DNA of 64,000 nucleotides. It comes from Octopus vulgaris (taxonomy: Eukaryota). The stretch covers positions 81,468,001-81,532,000 of the forward strand of contig OX597824.1 in NCBI GenBank assembly GCA_951406725.2. Reading direction: 5' to 3'. Numbering within the stretch: the first letter of the stretch is position 1; the number at the start of each line of letters is the position of its first letter. The translations under genes and the position numbers were made by a program. The notes under the pieces were generated by a model that saw nothing but the letters and a program-made list of their open reading frames with translations, did not search any database and was not told the DNA's origin. This document shows, one piece after another, positions 39,322 through 54,652 of the stretch.

Positions 39322-39756
39322 TATATATATATACACATATATATGTATCCCTTCGCTCCGTAAGTTTCTACCAGATTAATTCCAGTTTGGAATGGTTAGG
39401 ACTACACCAGCAAATATATCATTTACCATGTATATATACAGGAACAAACATCCGGCCTAGCTCCCATTGATTGGTGTGGTATCTGCCACTGAAAAGGCAA
39501 AACCACTTCGAAACACTGCGTCAGGTATTTTGCTGGCCTCACTTGATCTCAATTCAAGGGATTCATACACACAAAGTATGTTGAGAGAAATCCCTTTCCT
39601 AAACAGCATCCCGCAGCGATTGCCTTCCAATTATTGTTCAAAATGTGCATGCGCACGTGGATCTCACATACATCTCCAAACGTACACACAAACACACACA
39701 CGTATATATACTTCAATATATATTTTCATGCCTATGTATATATATATATATGTATG

Positions 39757-39839
<83 letters not shown>

Positions 39840-39923
39840 CTTATATATATATATACATAATATATATATATATATACATACATATATATATATACATACA
39901 TATATATATACATATATATATAC

Positions 39924-39961
<38 letters not shown>

Positions 39962-39965
<4 letters not shown>

Positions 39966-40182
39966 CTTTACTACCCACAAGGGGCTAAACACGGAGGGGA
40001 CAAACAAAGGGATTAAGTCGATTACATCAACCCCAGTGCGTAACTGGTACTTAATTTATCGACCCCGAAAGGATGAAAGGCAAAGTCGACCTCGGCGGAA
40101 TTTGAACTCGGAACGCAACGACAGACGAAATACGGCTACGAATTTCGCCCCGCGTGCTAACGTTTCTACCAGCTCACCGCCT
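39962..40182 (-). mobile_element. SINE family C monomer
   Basis: Complete head and ..ggtagtaaagaaata tail. Confidence 0.9.
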
Positions 40183-40185
40183 TAA

Positions 40186-40375
<190 letters not shown>

Positions 40376-40479
40376 GGTATGTACGTACACACAGACACAT
40401 AATGATGATTCAACTCCATGCAACTTACAGTTTTGTGTGCTTGTCAAACAAACCTAACTCGTCAAGCGTAGATACATGA

Positions 40480-40532
40480 ATGGCGGAAGTCCAAGATGGC
40501 TGCTAGGCATTGGGTTATGAATCAAGGTTTGT
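40480..40532 (+). promoter_or_regulatory. ETS plus YY1-like initiator motif, possible first coding exon (MAARHWVMNQ)
   Basis: GGCGGAAGT 40482-40490, CAAGATGGCTG 40492-40502, possible donor AAG|GTTTGT at 40526/40527. Confidence 0.3.
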
Positions 40533-41085
40533 TAACATAAGTATTGTGCAAATCACCTCCATTTTCATCCGAATCGTTTTAACCCTATTATATAATTTTT
40601 TTGTACAGAGCGCAAAATTTATAATTTATTCCATTTGTTTCCAATATTTGAGGAAATCATTTTCGTTTTGTATTTAGATTTTATATAATGCAACCATCCC
40701 CTAAAGCTAGGCGTTGATTTAATTTTTCTTCCCAAGTTAAGAGCAAATATATAATTATTATGCCTAATTTGCTGAACATGGTCTAAATGAATGTATTCAA
40801 CGAGTAAATTAATTGATGAATTCAGAAATTGTTTTCAATTTCCTTAAAATTTTTCCTAATAAATGCATTTAAGAAACAAAATAATTGACAAGTTTTGAAT
40901 TTTATGCTTACATTGCTAAAAATGCATTGAAGAAATATACTAAGTTTGCTTAAAATTTTATGCATCCAAATAGATTTATCAAATAGAACAATTTACAAAC
41001 TCAGAAATCCTGAATCAGTTTAAGAATTAAAATTGAAACTGCTTTGAAAAGCGTGCCTGACATTGGTGTGGGCGGTTTTATCTTA

Positions 41086-41149
<64 letters not shown>

Positions 41150-41210
41150 TCACAGACACACACACGTACACATACACGCACGCACACACATACATATATG
41201 TCTATTATTA

Positions 41211-41247
<37 letters not shown>

Positions 41248-41249
41248 CA

Positions 41250-41333
<84 letters not shown>

Positions 41334-41356
41334 GTCTGTCTATCTATCTATGCAGC

Positions 41357-41395
<39 letters not shown>

Positions 41396-41882
41396 TCACT
41401 CTTCATACTTACATACATTTTGGATGATAATAATTCTCGCCGAGAAGGTCTAATATAACGGGGGAAAAGTTGTTTCCAGTGAAAATTCGTTTTCAGAGAC
41501 GACATACTCTTCAAATTTTAATTGTATTTTTTTTATAAATGATTTATTCCGCTCAACTATTATTATCAGTAATATTGCTTGTGGGTTATAACGTCCTTAT
41601 AGAGACGTTCGGTTACCAAACTACTAGTTCATCTCACTCGATTGAAGTCTATGAAGATATGAGATAGTCTTATATATTTAAATGTTTAGAACCTTGAACT
41701 GTTCTGGAGTAAGCTGACACTCAGCAATGACTGTAGTTTATCGATAAGGCTTCTTCAATATTAAATGTTTTAAAATGGGTCGCTGTTTGATCACGTGACT
41801 AGAACAAAAATTTGGTTTGATAAAATAATTTTTAATCGTGTGAATGGAATATTCTGAAGCTATTAGCTATATACACACACAT

Positions 41883-41965
<83 letters not shown>

Positions 41966-42234
41966 CATATAGATATGCATGCATATAAGCGTACGTATTT
42001 ATATATAAGTATATGCATAAATTCATATGTAAATATATGATATATATATATATGTTTAAGTATCTATATTTAGCCTTATCTTTATATTTATATTGTTAAC
42101 TATATATGTATATATATAAATATATATATATATACATATTTATATGACATATATTTATTTATATGTGTGTATATATTCATATTGCCACATATATAGCAAT
42201 ATCGACACACACACACATACACATATATATGGCA

Positions 42235-42323
<89 letters not shown>

Positions 42324-42414
42324 AATAGTGCGAATAAAAATATATGTCAATATAAATATAAACATATATATATATAATGGTTATCAATAAAAATATAAAG
42401 ATAAAGATATGCAC

Positions 42415-42452
<38 letters not shown>

Positions 42453-43306
42453 CTGTATACGTTTTTTGTGTATAATATAAACATAAACCAACTTCCTGGC
42501 AACATCAGCCATGTGGCCGGACGTGACACCCTCTCACCGAGACATTTATCCAGAGTAGCGCGTACATCATTTCTCAACAGCTAGCAACCACAATATTTAC
42601 TTAAGCCAGTCCTCAGACATACATTATGAGTATCATTATTATTATTATTATTATTATTCAATCTTAATCTCTTCAGTATTTTAAAACCACGTCTAAAAAT
42701 CACTCGAACGAACCACAGTCATCCTTTCATTCATGCATTCTTATAATTCACACATTCATACATTCCATATATTCATACATTCGATACACACAACACAACA
42801 GAACAGAACACAACACAAACCAATACATACGCTAGACGGTCAAGTTTCTCTTATCATATTTCATTAGTCAGTTTATGGACCGATAAGTAGCATGGCAAGT
42901 ATCTCGGATATACTGGAAGGAAATCTTTAAATATAGAAATTATTGATTGCTTCTCTCTGTACTATATGCTAATCGCGTCTATTTTTTGTCTCCTAACGTT
43001 TGCTTGAATGTTGATATAACGAATAGACAGATGACGAGAGGAAGAAGACGAAGATGTTGTTGATGGCCGAAGCTCTCTTTACAAGGCATCTGTTGCTACT
43101 GAAGTCTCTCTATTATGTTTATCTCGTAGTCATTGTTCAGGGAGTTGTTTGCCTCTCCCTGTATTTCGTGTTTCTGTTTTTTCTTTCTTTTCTCTCTCAT
43201 TCACTCTGTTACTCTTGTGTTTTTGTGTGTATTTTGACTATAATGATTTTTACAGTCTTTCCTTTTTGTGTGCGCTCATACACACACACACACAGACACA
43301 CACACA

Positions 43307-43342
<36 letters not shown>

Positions 43343-43428
43343 GAGAGAGAGACAGAGACAGAGACAGACGGAGTGAGAAACATAAATAAGTAGATAGATG
43401 GACGGATGGGCAGACAAATATGAATGTG

Positions 43429-43490
<62 letters not shown>

Positions 43491-43512
43491 TATGTATATA
43501 TATATATATACA

Positions 43513-43560
<48 letters not shown>

Positions 43561-43623
43561 TTCATATCTATATAGATAGATGCATATAGATTAGTGGATA
43601 GACACATATGAACATTTATATAT

Positions 43624-43662
<39 letters not shown>

Positions 43663-43663
43663 C

Positions 43664-43710
43664 TGCGGTGCATCAGCATGGCCGCAGCTCTGAGCTGCAA
43701 CTAGAAAGAA
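43664..43710 (+). mobile_element. Extreme 3' end of the LINE seen at 20914-21483
   Basis: gcggtgcatcagcatggccgcagctctgagctgcaactagaaag inside (TA)n. Confidence 0.8.
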
Positions 43711-43721
43711 CATATATATAT

Positions 43722-43782
<61 letters not shown>

Positions 43783-44540
43783 ATATATATATATTTGTTT
43801 CTTTCACTCATTTGTCTGCAGCTATGCTGGTGCAGTGTCAAGAATGATTTTTAGACGACGGAATCGATCTCAGTAATTATTTATGTACTTATTGCTTGTT
43901 ACTTACTCGATCCATATTTCTTTTTTTTTTGCCGAAACACGAAGTTGCAGGTAGTAAACTCATAAACATCGTTTCTGAAGCAAAGGTGCAAGGCTTACAC
44001 AAACACAAAGACACGCATGGAGGGCGCAACACATATACACACACACACACACAAGACGGTTTTCATTAAGATTCCCGGTTACAGTAGAAAGACAGACACA
44101 CACAGGCGCACAGCTCCAACACATTTATACATATACGTACATTCATAGATACAAATATATATACATACTTATTTGCATTAATATTGGGGGGTGCATATAT
44201 TTCTCAGTGAGGAGGTCTAGTTTATAAAACAGCAAGTGCCAATTATGGTTATTATAATTAATGTGTAAGTATACCGTTCCTGAAACGGCTGTCGAGTTAA
44301 GAAATTAAATATTTTCTGCATATTTAATTTTGAACTGATATTTTGCGCTTCGTGTGAATATATTTATATCAAGGCTTACTTTGTTCATTTTCATTAATAG
44401 CTTTATATTTCAAGCATTCTTGACTGTGGGGTTGCCCTAGTCAAAGAATTAAGGAGTTCGAAACCTTTTGAGCAATACATTGTTTCCTATGCTGAGCATA
44501 TCCAACTCTTACGTACGGTCTTTATCTATCTATCTATCTG

Positions 44541-44642
<102 letters not shown>

Positions 44643-44647
44643 AATCT

Positions 44648-44769
<122 letters not shown>

Positions 44770-44849
44770 ACATATATGTATGCATGTATATATGTATATA
44801 TATATATGAATCTATCTATTTATTTATCTATCTATCTATCTACCAATAC

Positions 44850-44881
<32 letters not shown>

Positions 44882-44911
44882 CTACACACAAATACACTTG
44901 TATACACACAT

Positions 44912-44953
<42 letters not shown>

Positions 44954-45374
44954 GTTTAGGATTGTATGTATGTTTATACACCGAGCCTGTTTTAGTTTCT
45001 GTATACGAAACGCATTGATAGGCCCGGGTCAACAGCGGAGAACACTTGCGCATGTTGCCGCTAGCATATATACAAATTTTAAAGAGATTTAACAACTACT
45101 TGTAGTAGCCTCTGTTTCCTTCGTCTCGTAGTTTAGATTTTACATTTATAATAGATCGATTCAAGACACTGGGCTACAAGGTTATTCAGTATATTTGGAA
45201 TAGCCATTACTTATTTCAATACTTGAAGTGGTACTCATCTTATCAATCTCGAAACAAAAGCATTACTTTTACTAACTGTGGATTTCCGCGGCAGGCACTT
45301 GGAATAGTTGATTATATCAACACGAATGATTGAAAGCTCTTCCTTTAACGATCTCGGTCGTTGAAAATCAGATC

Positions 45375-45414
<40 letters not shown>

Positions 45415-45482
45415 GTATAGATGTAAGTATGTACATATACGTACGTATATATACATATATATATTATTTATATTATATTATA

Positions 45483-45533
<51 letters not shown>

Positions 45534-45912
45534 AAATAGTCATACTTATACGGCAACATAGCGTGGCAGTCCTATAACGGATGATATCACTGTTGTTTTA
45601 GCCCCAGGATAGCATCTTTTCCAGCTAGCTCGCTTTCGACACACAGTTTGTATCCGTATATGGTATTTGCAACGGCGGTCATCACTGCTCTCTCTAGCCT
45701 TACGTGATACTAAGAGACCTAAGTTTCAAGATGTTATCCGCCCTCAGTGTGAGACAATCACCAGTTAGTGACGAAACCTGGACACTAACGGCTCACTAAC
45801 TGGTGATATCCACTCTCAAATACTCTATATATTCGAGAAAAACAACACGTTTTAAATCTCTGAGTGAGAGGAATACAGTAAAAGTACCGAATAGCGATGT
45901 TTATATACCAAC

Positions 45913-46004
<92 letters not shown>

Positions 46005-46062
46005 ATACACACATATATATATATATATAGGGAGAGAGAGAGAGATATACATATATATATGA

Positions 46063-46114
<52 letters not shown>

Positions 46115-46180
46115 CATACATATATACATATATACATATATATACATACATATATACATACATATATGCATACATATATA

Positions 46181-46219
<39 letters not shown>

Positions 46220-46718
46220 CAATGGAAAACAATGATGTCCAAATCAGTACTTTTCCACCCCAAATACGAAGGAAAGTAGTGTACACCCGATACAGAGTGC
46301 ACCTGTTGCAGCCTAGCTGCTTCTGATGCTGTTGTTAATACCTGTTGCAATTCCTGCAGCAGCAACGATTGCTGCTGCTATACTTAGCTTGCAGTACTGG
46401 TAGCAGTTGTGATTAAGCAGTATCGATTTCTTGTATCATAATAACCATTCAGGAAAAACGCAATAACCTCATTTTTAAAGACATCAAGACATGTTAATTA
46501 ATAGATTACTCAGAAATAGAAAGTCAACGTACTTGGTTTATGTTTTAGTATTTCTTTTTGTTTTTTTTTTGTTGTTATCTTTTTCTTTTTCAATGCATCA
46601 GTGATAAAGAGGAGAAAATAGGGGGAAGAGATTCACGATTCTTGATTGTTATTCAAGCCATTGCTCTAGGCTTTCTTTAGTACAAGTCCCTCGCAGAGCA
46701 TGGCATCTTCTATTTCTC

Positions 46719-46807
<89 letters not shown>

Positions 46808-46812
46808 GTTTA

Positions 46813-46857
<45 letters not shown>

Positions 46858-46897
46858 CAAAGTGACGTTATAAGATACCGCACGAGTGGAATTATAA

Positions 46898-46999
46898 ATG
46901 AAAGAAGGTTTGAAAATGCAATTTTAAAAGATGTTTATTCACTTGACCGGTGAAGTCAATAAACATCTTTTAAAATTGCATTTTCAAACCTTCTTTCAT
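46898..46999. repeat. Near-perfect hairpin (42 perfect bp, 1 mismatch, 4 bp, 8-nt loop)
   Basis: atgaaagaaggtttgaaaatgcaattttaaaagatgtttatt / aataaacatcttttaaaattgcattttcaaaccttctttcat. Confidence 0.92.
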
Positions 47000-47126
47000 A
47001 TATATATATATATTTTGGTTTTTCAGATGGCAAGATAACCGAAGAGATGGTGTTGAGGATTTCCACCTCGGCATCCAAAACTCAGTTTTATCTTGGGTAT
47101 TGAATAATTGTCACGTATTATTTTAC

Positions 47127-47183
<57 letters not shown>

Positions 47184-47268
47184 TTTGTGCCAATGCACGT
47201 ATATATATACATGCATACATACAAAGAGGCATAGATGTACATACATATGCACTTAAGTATATGTACAA

Positions 47269-47304
<36 letters not shown>

Positions 47305-47744
47305 TTATGTACATGAGTCTTTGGTGTTAGTAGCATTATGCACGCTTTTATGAAAATGCAATTAACCGGAAGATGCTACAGAAGACATTTTGTCAGTCCT
47401 TCAAGCAATTTCAGAGATATACTGCTCTGAATTGGACCTTTCTTTTAAAAAAATCCATCCCTGAAACACATGAAAGGTTGGGATTTGAACTCGTATTCTA
47501 AAGTGACGGAACAGATGCAGCAAAATTTTGTATCCGATGGCGTAATGCGTCTGCCAATTCAACCGGAACAATAATAGAAATATCTGACACAATATCTTAA
47601 TCAGAGCTGATCTCATGCCGATAAGCAATGACTGTAAAAACAACGACGACGATTTGTATTAACAAGTAAATAAACTAATAAATAGACGAATAAATAATAG
47701 TATGATAAATATATGAATTCCCCCATTAACAGCATCACAATAAG

Positions 47745-47789
<45 letters not shown>

Positions 47790-47915
47790 ACACAGACACA
47801 AACACAAACACACACAGAGACAAAGACACATCCCCCCCCCCATATATATATATATATATATATATAAGCATATATATGGCACCCGAGCATGGCTAATGCC
47901 TGAAGCAAGTGACAG

Positions 47916-47961
<46 letters not shown>

Positions 47962-48003
47962 CGATATATATATATACATATACATATATATATATACATA
48001 TAC

Positions 48004-48035
<32 letters not shown>

Positions 48036-48418
48036 ATATATATGTATATGTATCTATATATATTTGCATATGTATATATATGTATATGTATGTATATATA
48101 CATGCATACATATATACAGATACATATATGTAAGCATATACATATACGTATATACGTATATATATGTATATATATATATATATATATATCATGCATATAT
48201 ATTTAAATATAGCGTATATATATGAGTGTGTGTATGTGTGTGTGTGTGTGTGTGTGTGTACGCCTGTGTGTATGTAACAGTCAGCAGCAGCTGTGTCAGC
48301 ACCAGCAGCATTTCTTATTTGGCAATAACATAACAGCATACGTGCAACAACTGTAATGATATTGATTTACAGGGAAACAAAAAGTGACAACAGCAACACC
48401 ATCAGAAACAGCAGCAAG

Positions 48419-48471
<53 letters not shown>

Positions 48472-49031
48472 TGATAAAAATAATACAAATAATAATATGA
48501 ATGATGGTAATAAATATAATTAATCAATATTATGCTTAAAAGTATGTTTTATAAATGTATTTGTTTTCGTTGTAGCTATTGTTGTTTAGCGCTGATCGAA
48601 GAAAGCTATGTTTATAAAAAAAAGGCGTCGAAGTCTTGACAAGCCCATATTTTTGTATTTTCAGGAATTATATCAGGTGGTGCTATTAAGTTAGACATGG
48701 CCTGGACCAATCTCTGGTCGAAACATATCTAAGTTTTATCTAAGTTTTATATTCAGTGTGTCCTTTTTTTTGAAGATGGTATTGATGTCTTAGGTGCTGT
48801 GTAGATTTCTGGTTGTTAGATCAGGTAGAGGTACCTTCGTTCATTCACATAAGAATAAAAATATGGTTCTCACTATAGGTGTGACATATGGAGGTCTTTC
48901 TAGCTTATATACCTCAATGTGTTTATGCGTGCATATGAGTATATGTACGTGCGTGCATGCTTGTATGTATCCGCATATAAGCAGGTGTAAAAGCACATGT
49001 TTATATACACATATATATTTATATATATATA

Positions 49032-49077
<46 letters not shown>

Positions 49078-49147
49078 TAAGTTTTAGTTCTAAATATCTC
49101 AAACTTGGCAAATGATGTTTACTATGCATATATACTTATATATATTG

Positions 49148-49206
<59 letters not shown>

Positions 49207-49454
49207 TACATATGTTGTGTGTCTATGTGTGTGCATGTAGGCGTTTAGATGTAAATATGTATATATATTCATATGTTTAAATGTAAGTTCCGAATGTCAC
49301 ATTTATCATTCTGTTTCCTTGCAGTATCTTCCTAGCTCCAAATACATACTTACACACATAAACACATACATACATATAAACATGTATACGAATGTATATA
49401 TATATATATATGTGTGTATACATAAATACATACATACATTAGTTTGTGTATTTG

Positions 49455-49990
49455 GTCAAAATATTTCGAAACATTTCGTCCGTCTTTACAGCCTGAGTTC
49501 AAAATTCCACAGTGATTGACTTGCCCTTTCATCCAATGGGGACTCGATAAAACGCCTACCTATTGAGTTGAAACCCCCTTCGGTCATGACTGACCATGGG
49601 ATTGCACCTAGAAAGTTACCCTCCCAGGCACAAGTCCGGACAAGGTTCTTTATGGAAGACCAGCAGTTGCCCATGCATACCGGACTCCCTTCTCCACGCC
49701 AGCAGTGTTATCCAAGGGAAAAGCAAAGGGGCCGATACAGCCTGGCACCTGTGACATCGCAACCCAATTCTACAGCTGAGTGAACTGGAGCGACGTGAAA
49801 TAAAGTGCCTTGCTCAAGAACACAACACGCAGCCCGATCCGGGATTCGAACTCACAACCTCACGATCGAAAGCTCGACACTCTAACCACTGAACCATGAG
49901 CCTTCACCAGTTGAGTACTGAGGTCGATTTAATCGACTTACTCACACCCTCTAAATCGCTGGCCTTGTCCCAAAATTTGAATTCAATATT
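49455..49990 (+). mobile_element. SINE family C interrupted by a family D insertion
   Basis: catttcgtc..ctgagttcaaaattcc..ctttcatcc..cgataaa | insert | ccagttgagtactgaggtcgatttaatcgac. Confidence 0.7.
49570..49906 (-). mobile_element. SINE family D
   Basis: Reverse-complement match to 5722-6041. Confidence 0.88.
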
Positions 49991-50109
49991 TTATGGAGGT
50001 GTATATATAAATAGCGGCATCTATAAGCTGATTGTTTATGGATGCGGACTGTATTTGTGCTTCATCGATACTAAGTAACAAATAGTCACTTCATGGTATT
50101 AGTCTATAC

Positions 50110-50374
50110 CAATTTTTCTCAACCATTTTTCTTACCTATAGACCCATTTGTGTTTTATTATAATCTGCTGGTACCTAAAAAACATCCGGTGTTTATAAAA
50201 GTCCCTCATTTTTTTTATAATTAAATATTATTAGAAATTGTGTAAAAATAAACGTTAAAATATTTTGTGTATTGTTTTTTTATGACTAATTTGTAGCACA
50301 AATTTTAACAGTAAAATCTTACGTAGCCGCCCCCCCCCCCCACGGTCCACGGGGATCCCGGTTAATAACAACTA
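50110..50374. mobile_element. Degenerate hAT-like MITE
   Basis: Ends caatttttctcaacc ... ggttaataacaacta resemble cagtggttctcaacc/ggttaagaaccactg hAT termini; subterminal ggtccacgg; no clear TSD. Confidence 0.45.
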
Positions 50375-50520
50375 GACTCAACGTTATATATCTATTCTAT
50401 TTCTACTTATTTTTCTTAATGCTAAATGAGGCAGAATTAAACTAGAGCAAACCCAGAATAAATCACATATCGTTAGAGTCGTACAGAATTTTGCTTTGAA
50501 AGAAAGAGTGAGAGAAAGAC

Positions 50521-50557
<37 letters not shown>

Positions 50558-51569
50558 AGGAGAGAGATGAAGAGAGAGAGAGAGAGGGAGAATAACGTCT
50601 GGTATTATCTTCATTCATATTCCTCTTTCTGCTTCAGGCTACAGCAGTCCATTAAATTTTAAATTGGTCGGACTCAACCTGGTCTTTCATACATAAATCT
50701 CCATACCATCTGTATATGCTCTGTGTGCGTGTGTGAGTGTGATTGTATGTGTGTGTGTGTTTGCGTGAGTGTGTATGTGTGCATATTCCTTTTCGTGCGT
50801 TCGTATATATGTATGGATATATATATATATATATATTTCTACGTGTGCTTTATACCTCAAAATATATTTACCTCACTATCTATCATTCTATTTTTATCTC
50901 TCTCGTTTCTTCACAGTCATATCTGTTTGCCTGTGTATCCATCTATATATCTATATATCTATGCATAAGTATATACACACGCTAACTCACGCACATACAT
51001 ATCATTGATTTATGCATCTGAGGCGAAGGCGTCTGCTCTCATTGACAACATTTCAACATATTTTCCTGAAAGGATGTAATCTTGTTAGGGCCAGCATTAA
51101 CGGAGGGACATAAAAAAAAAACAGAACAAAAACAACGAACTTCACCAACCTTCATTATACTAAAGACAAGATAAAGTAGATCTAGTCAGAGAAGATGTAT
51201 AATTTACTAGTCAAATATCATGGCAGAACAAAAGACAATCGTAATGCCAGCATATAGAAGGGAGATAAATGCTGCCAAAGAAATACTAAAATTTACAACA
51301 ACAAAATATGAACTAATGTGAATTTCTAATAATACGCAGTCAGAGATCAACCAGAATATCATCGGTCTACAGTGGTCAGGATAAGCAGTAATAACATGAG
51401 TGATGATTGAGTCAATCAATGAAACCCTCTTGTGGTATAGATTCGTGACTTCCAACCAATATCTATCAATCAATAATTCCCATTAAGTATACAAGGCAGT
51501 GGGCCAATTTTAATATTTTTTCTAGTTGTTGGGGTTGTAAAACGGGAGGAAGAATAATGATGTATATTG

Positions 51570-51862
51570 CGTGGCTGTGCGGTAAGAAGCTAGTTTCCCA
51601 ACCACATGTTTCCGGGTTCAGTCCCACTGCGCGGAACTTTGGTCTAATATCTTCTGCTATAGCCTCGGGCCGACCAAAAGCATTGTGAGAGGATTTGGTA
51701 GACGGAAACTGATAGAAGGCCTTCGTTTATGTTTGTATGTGTGTTTGTCCCCCACCATCGCTTGACAACTGTTTCGGCAAAAAGAGACCGATAGAATAGG
51801 TACTTGGCATACAAAGAATAATTCCTGGGATCGATTTGTTTGACTAAGGGCGGTGCTCCAGC
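51570..51862 (+). mobile_element. SINE family A, diverged and truncated
   Basis: gtggctgtgcggtaag..gggttcagtcccactgc..gcggtgctccagc. Confidence 0.8.
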
Positions 51863-52026
51863 CGGTTCGTTGCAGACTTTCTGTTTAAAAGTTGCCCCAA
51901 TTATTAGGGAATTGAGTGAAAATCAATGCGTTCAGAAGTCATGAAATTCTCTTACAAGAAATCTACTTGATCATGGTCGATCGGCAGTAAATACAAAAGC
52001 AGTAACATCAACATAATCATCATCAG

Positions 52027-52082
<56 letters not shown>

Positions 52083-53254
52083 ACAACAACAACAAACTTT
52101 TGATGCTGTGTATAGAGTCTATCTCAATTCACCAGCCCACCCTTTATGAATCAACCTTGTGTCACGGGTCACAACATTAGAACACCTCATTTACCATCAT
52201 GCTGGAGGAATGGCACCATTTCTTGAGATCCATTCTCGTTAGGCTTCGACTTTGAATTTCTTTATTTCGTGTGACCAATAAAGGAAGTGCTTCCCAAATG
52301 AGAATTCAATAATTTTTTTTCATTTCTCTGGTTACTTATGATGTTATTGTGTCTATGTTAAGGAAATTTTACCTTCGATGACATTAAAATATTTTTAACC
52401 CATAAAATTTATCCCAGCCGTGACCATTCCATCATGTTTCCTTAAAAGTGAACCATGTGAAGAAATGCATTATCTAATGTCAGCACACACATACACGCAT
52501 ACACAGATAAACGCAATTATATTTCATTTCAGCATCCGTAAAGCTACATAGGTGATGCAAAAGCCTAAAGCTTCGTACAAGGCGCCTATTGAACTTCCAA
52601 GCGGCGTTGATGTGTTTACGTCTCCGTAACTTAGCGGTTCGGCAGAAAAGTAACCGATAGAATAGATACCAGCATTAAAGTAAAAATACGTGTTGGGACC
52701 GGTTCGTTCGACTTCAAGGCGGTGCTCCAGCATGGCCGCAATTCAATGACTGATAAGTGCCTTACAGGAAAGCCTTCTGACTTGTGTTGCTTACGTAGAT
52801 TTGCTGGTAACAACGAAGCAAATGTATAAGTTGGACTTTGCGAACAATTCCTGTTACTTTTGAAACGCACGCACGCGCACGCACGCACGCACACACACAC
52901 ACATACACACGAACACACACACACACATAAACAAGCAAGCACACACACAAACATACATACACAACAAACACTCACACATATGCCCACACATACAAACACA
53001 CAAACACTCATACATATGCACACACACAACCTCAAACACAAACACACACACATACACAAACAAACACGCACATAAACACATACATAAACATAAACACACA
53101 CATACACACTCAAAGAATCACACACACAAACACACACATAAACACACACATACAAACACAAACATATAGACACACATACACATGCAATCACACACATAAA
53201 CTCACACACTAACACACACACAAACACACACACATATACACACACACACTCACA

Positions 53255-53490
53255 CACACAAATACAAACACACACATGTATACACACACACAAACAGAGA
53301 CTCACAAACACACACACAAATACAAACACACACATATACACACACAAACAGAGACTCACAAACACACACACAAATACAAACACACACATATACACACACA
53401 CACAAACAGAGACTCACAAACACACACACAAATACAAACACACACATATACACACACACACACAAACAGAGACTCACAAACACACACACA
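53255..53490. repeat. Higher-order tandem repeat (about 54-60 bp, 4 copies) built from (CA)n
   Basis: aatacaaac..ca(t)ata(ca)n..aacagagactcacaaac recurs four times. Confidence 0.85.
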
Positions 53491-53759
53491 CACACACACA
53501 AACATACCCACACAAGCACACACACATACATACGCACATACAACACACGCATAAAGACTTGTAGATAGATATTCCTTGCAGGTTGCGTTTATTTCCCAAG
53601 CGTTTTCAAACGCTGGAACCATTAGCCATTGGGTTTGGTTAATGCGGGTATCGAACCACGCATTCGATCCCTACAGTGCCTCGTCTTCAACAGCCACTGT
53701 ACCCAAAGTAACAACCGTGTTGAAACAATTTTGGTGCTCTGTATTCAATTGCACAGGTG

Positions 53760-54142
53760 TGGAAGCACTCCGTCGGTTACGACGATGAGGGTTCCGGTTG
53801 ATCCGAATCAACGGAACAGCCTGCTCGTGAAATTACCGTTTAAGTGGCTGAGCACTCCACAGACACGTGTACCCTTAACGTAGTTCTCGGGGATATTCAG
53901 CGTGACACAAGAGAGTGACAAGGCCGGCCCCTTGAAATACAGGTACAACAGAAACAGGAAGTAAGAGTGAGAGCAAGTTGTGGTGAAAGAGTACAGCAGG
54001 GATCATCACCATCCCCTGCCGGAGCCTCGTGGAGCTTTAGGTGTTTTCGCTAAAAAAACACACACAACGCCCGGTCTGGGAATCGAAACCGCGATCCTAT
54101 GACCGCGAGTCCGCTGCCCTAACCACTGGGCCATTGCGCCTC
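53760..54142 (-). mobile_element. SINE family B main tail with 13-bp TSD
   Basis: caattgcacaggt at 53746-53758 and 54143-54155. Confidence 0.93.
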
Positions 54143-54270
54143 CAATTGCACAGGTAACACAGTGTATCGTGATCCACCTTGACTATTTATCTCAGAAAAT
54201 GAAAGGCGAAAATCGAGCAACAATGACGCTCAAAGAAAAGGCAACATCAGTAGCAATAGCAACAACAGTA

Positions 54271-54652
54271 GAGGGGCAATGGCCTAATGGTTAGGGCAGC
54301 GGACTCGCGGTCGGCGGATCGCGGTTTCGATTTCCAGACCGGGCGTTGTGTGTGTTTATTGAGCGAAAACACCTAAAGCTCCACGAGGCTCCGGCAGGGG
54401 GTGGTGGCGACCCCTGTTGTACTCTTTCGCTCCAACTTTCTCCCTCTCTCTTTCTTCCTGTTTCTTGTCCCCGACTTCCTACGCAACCGCTGAGCCTGGA
54501 TGCGCATTCATCCATCCGTCGATGCTCTCACTGTCGGGGGGTTGGTTCACCTGCTTTCTCTTCTGCGGGGTCTTAGGAATAGCAAAGAAGTCCACGTTTC
54601 GGACTTCTCCCACGAAGACCCCTTCGCTCAACAAACAAACAAACAAACAAAC
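54271..54652 (+). mobile_element. SINE family B, tail type 3 ending in (AAAC)n
   Basis: Same head and body up to cttcctgtttct, then an unrelated structured tail. Confidence 0.8.

Noticed and set aside
46221-46420. Cys-rich or Gln-rich reading frames
   Set aside because: Decayed CAG/TGC repeats with stops; no splice or homology support.
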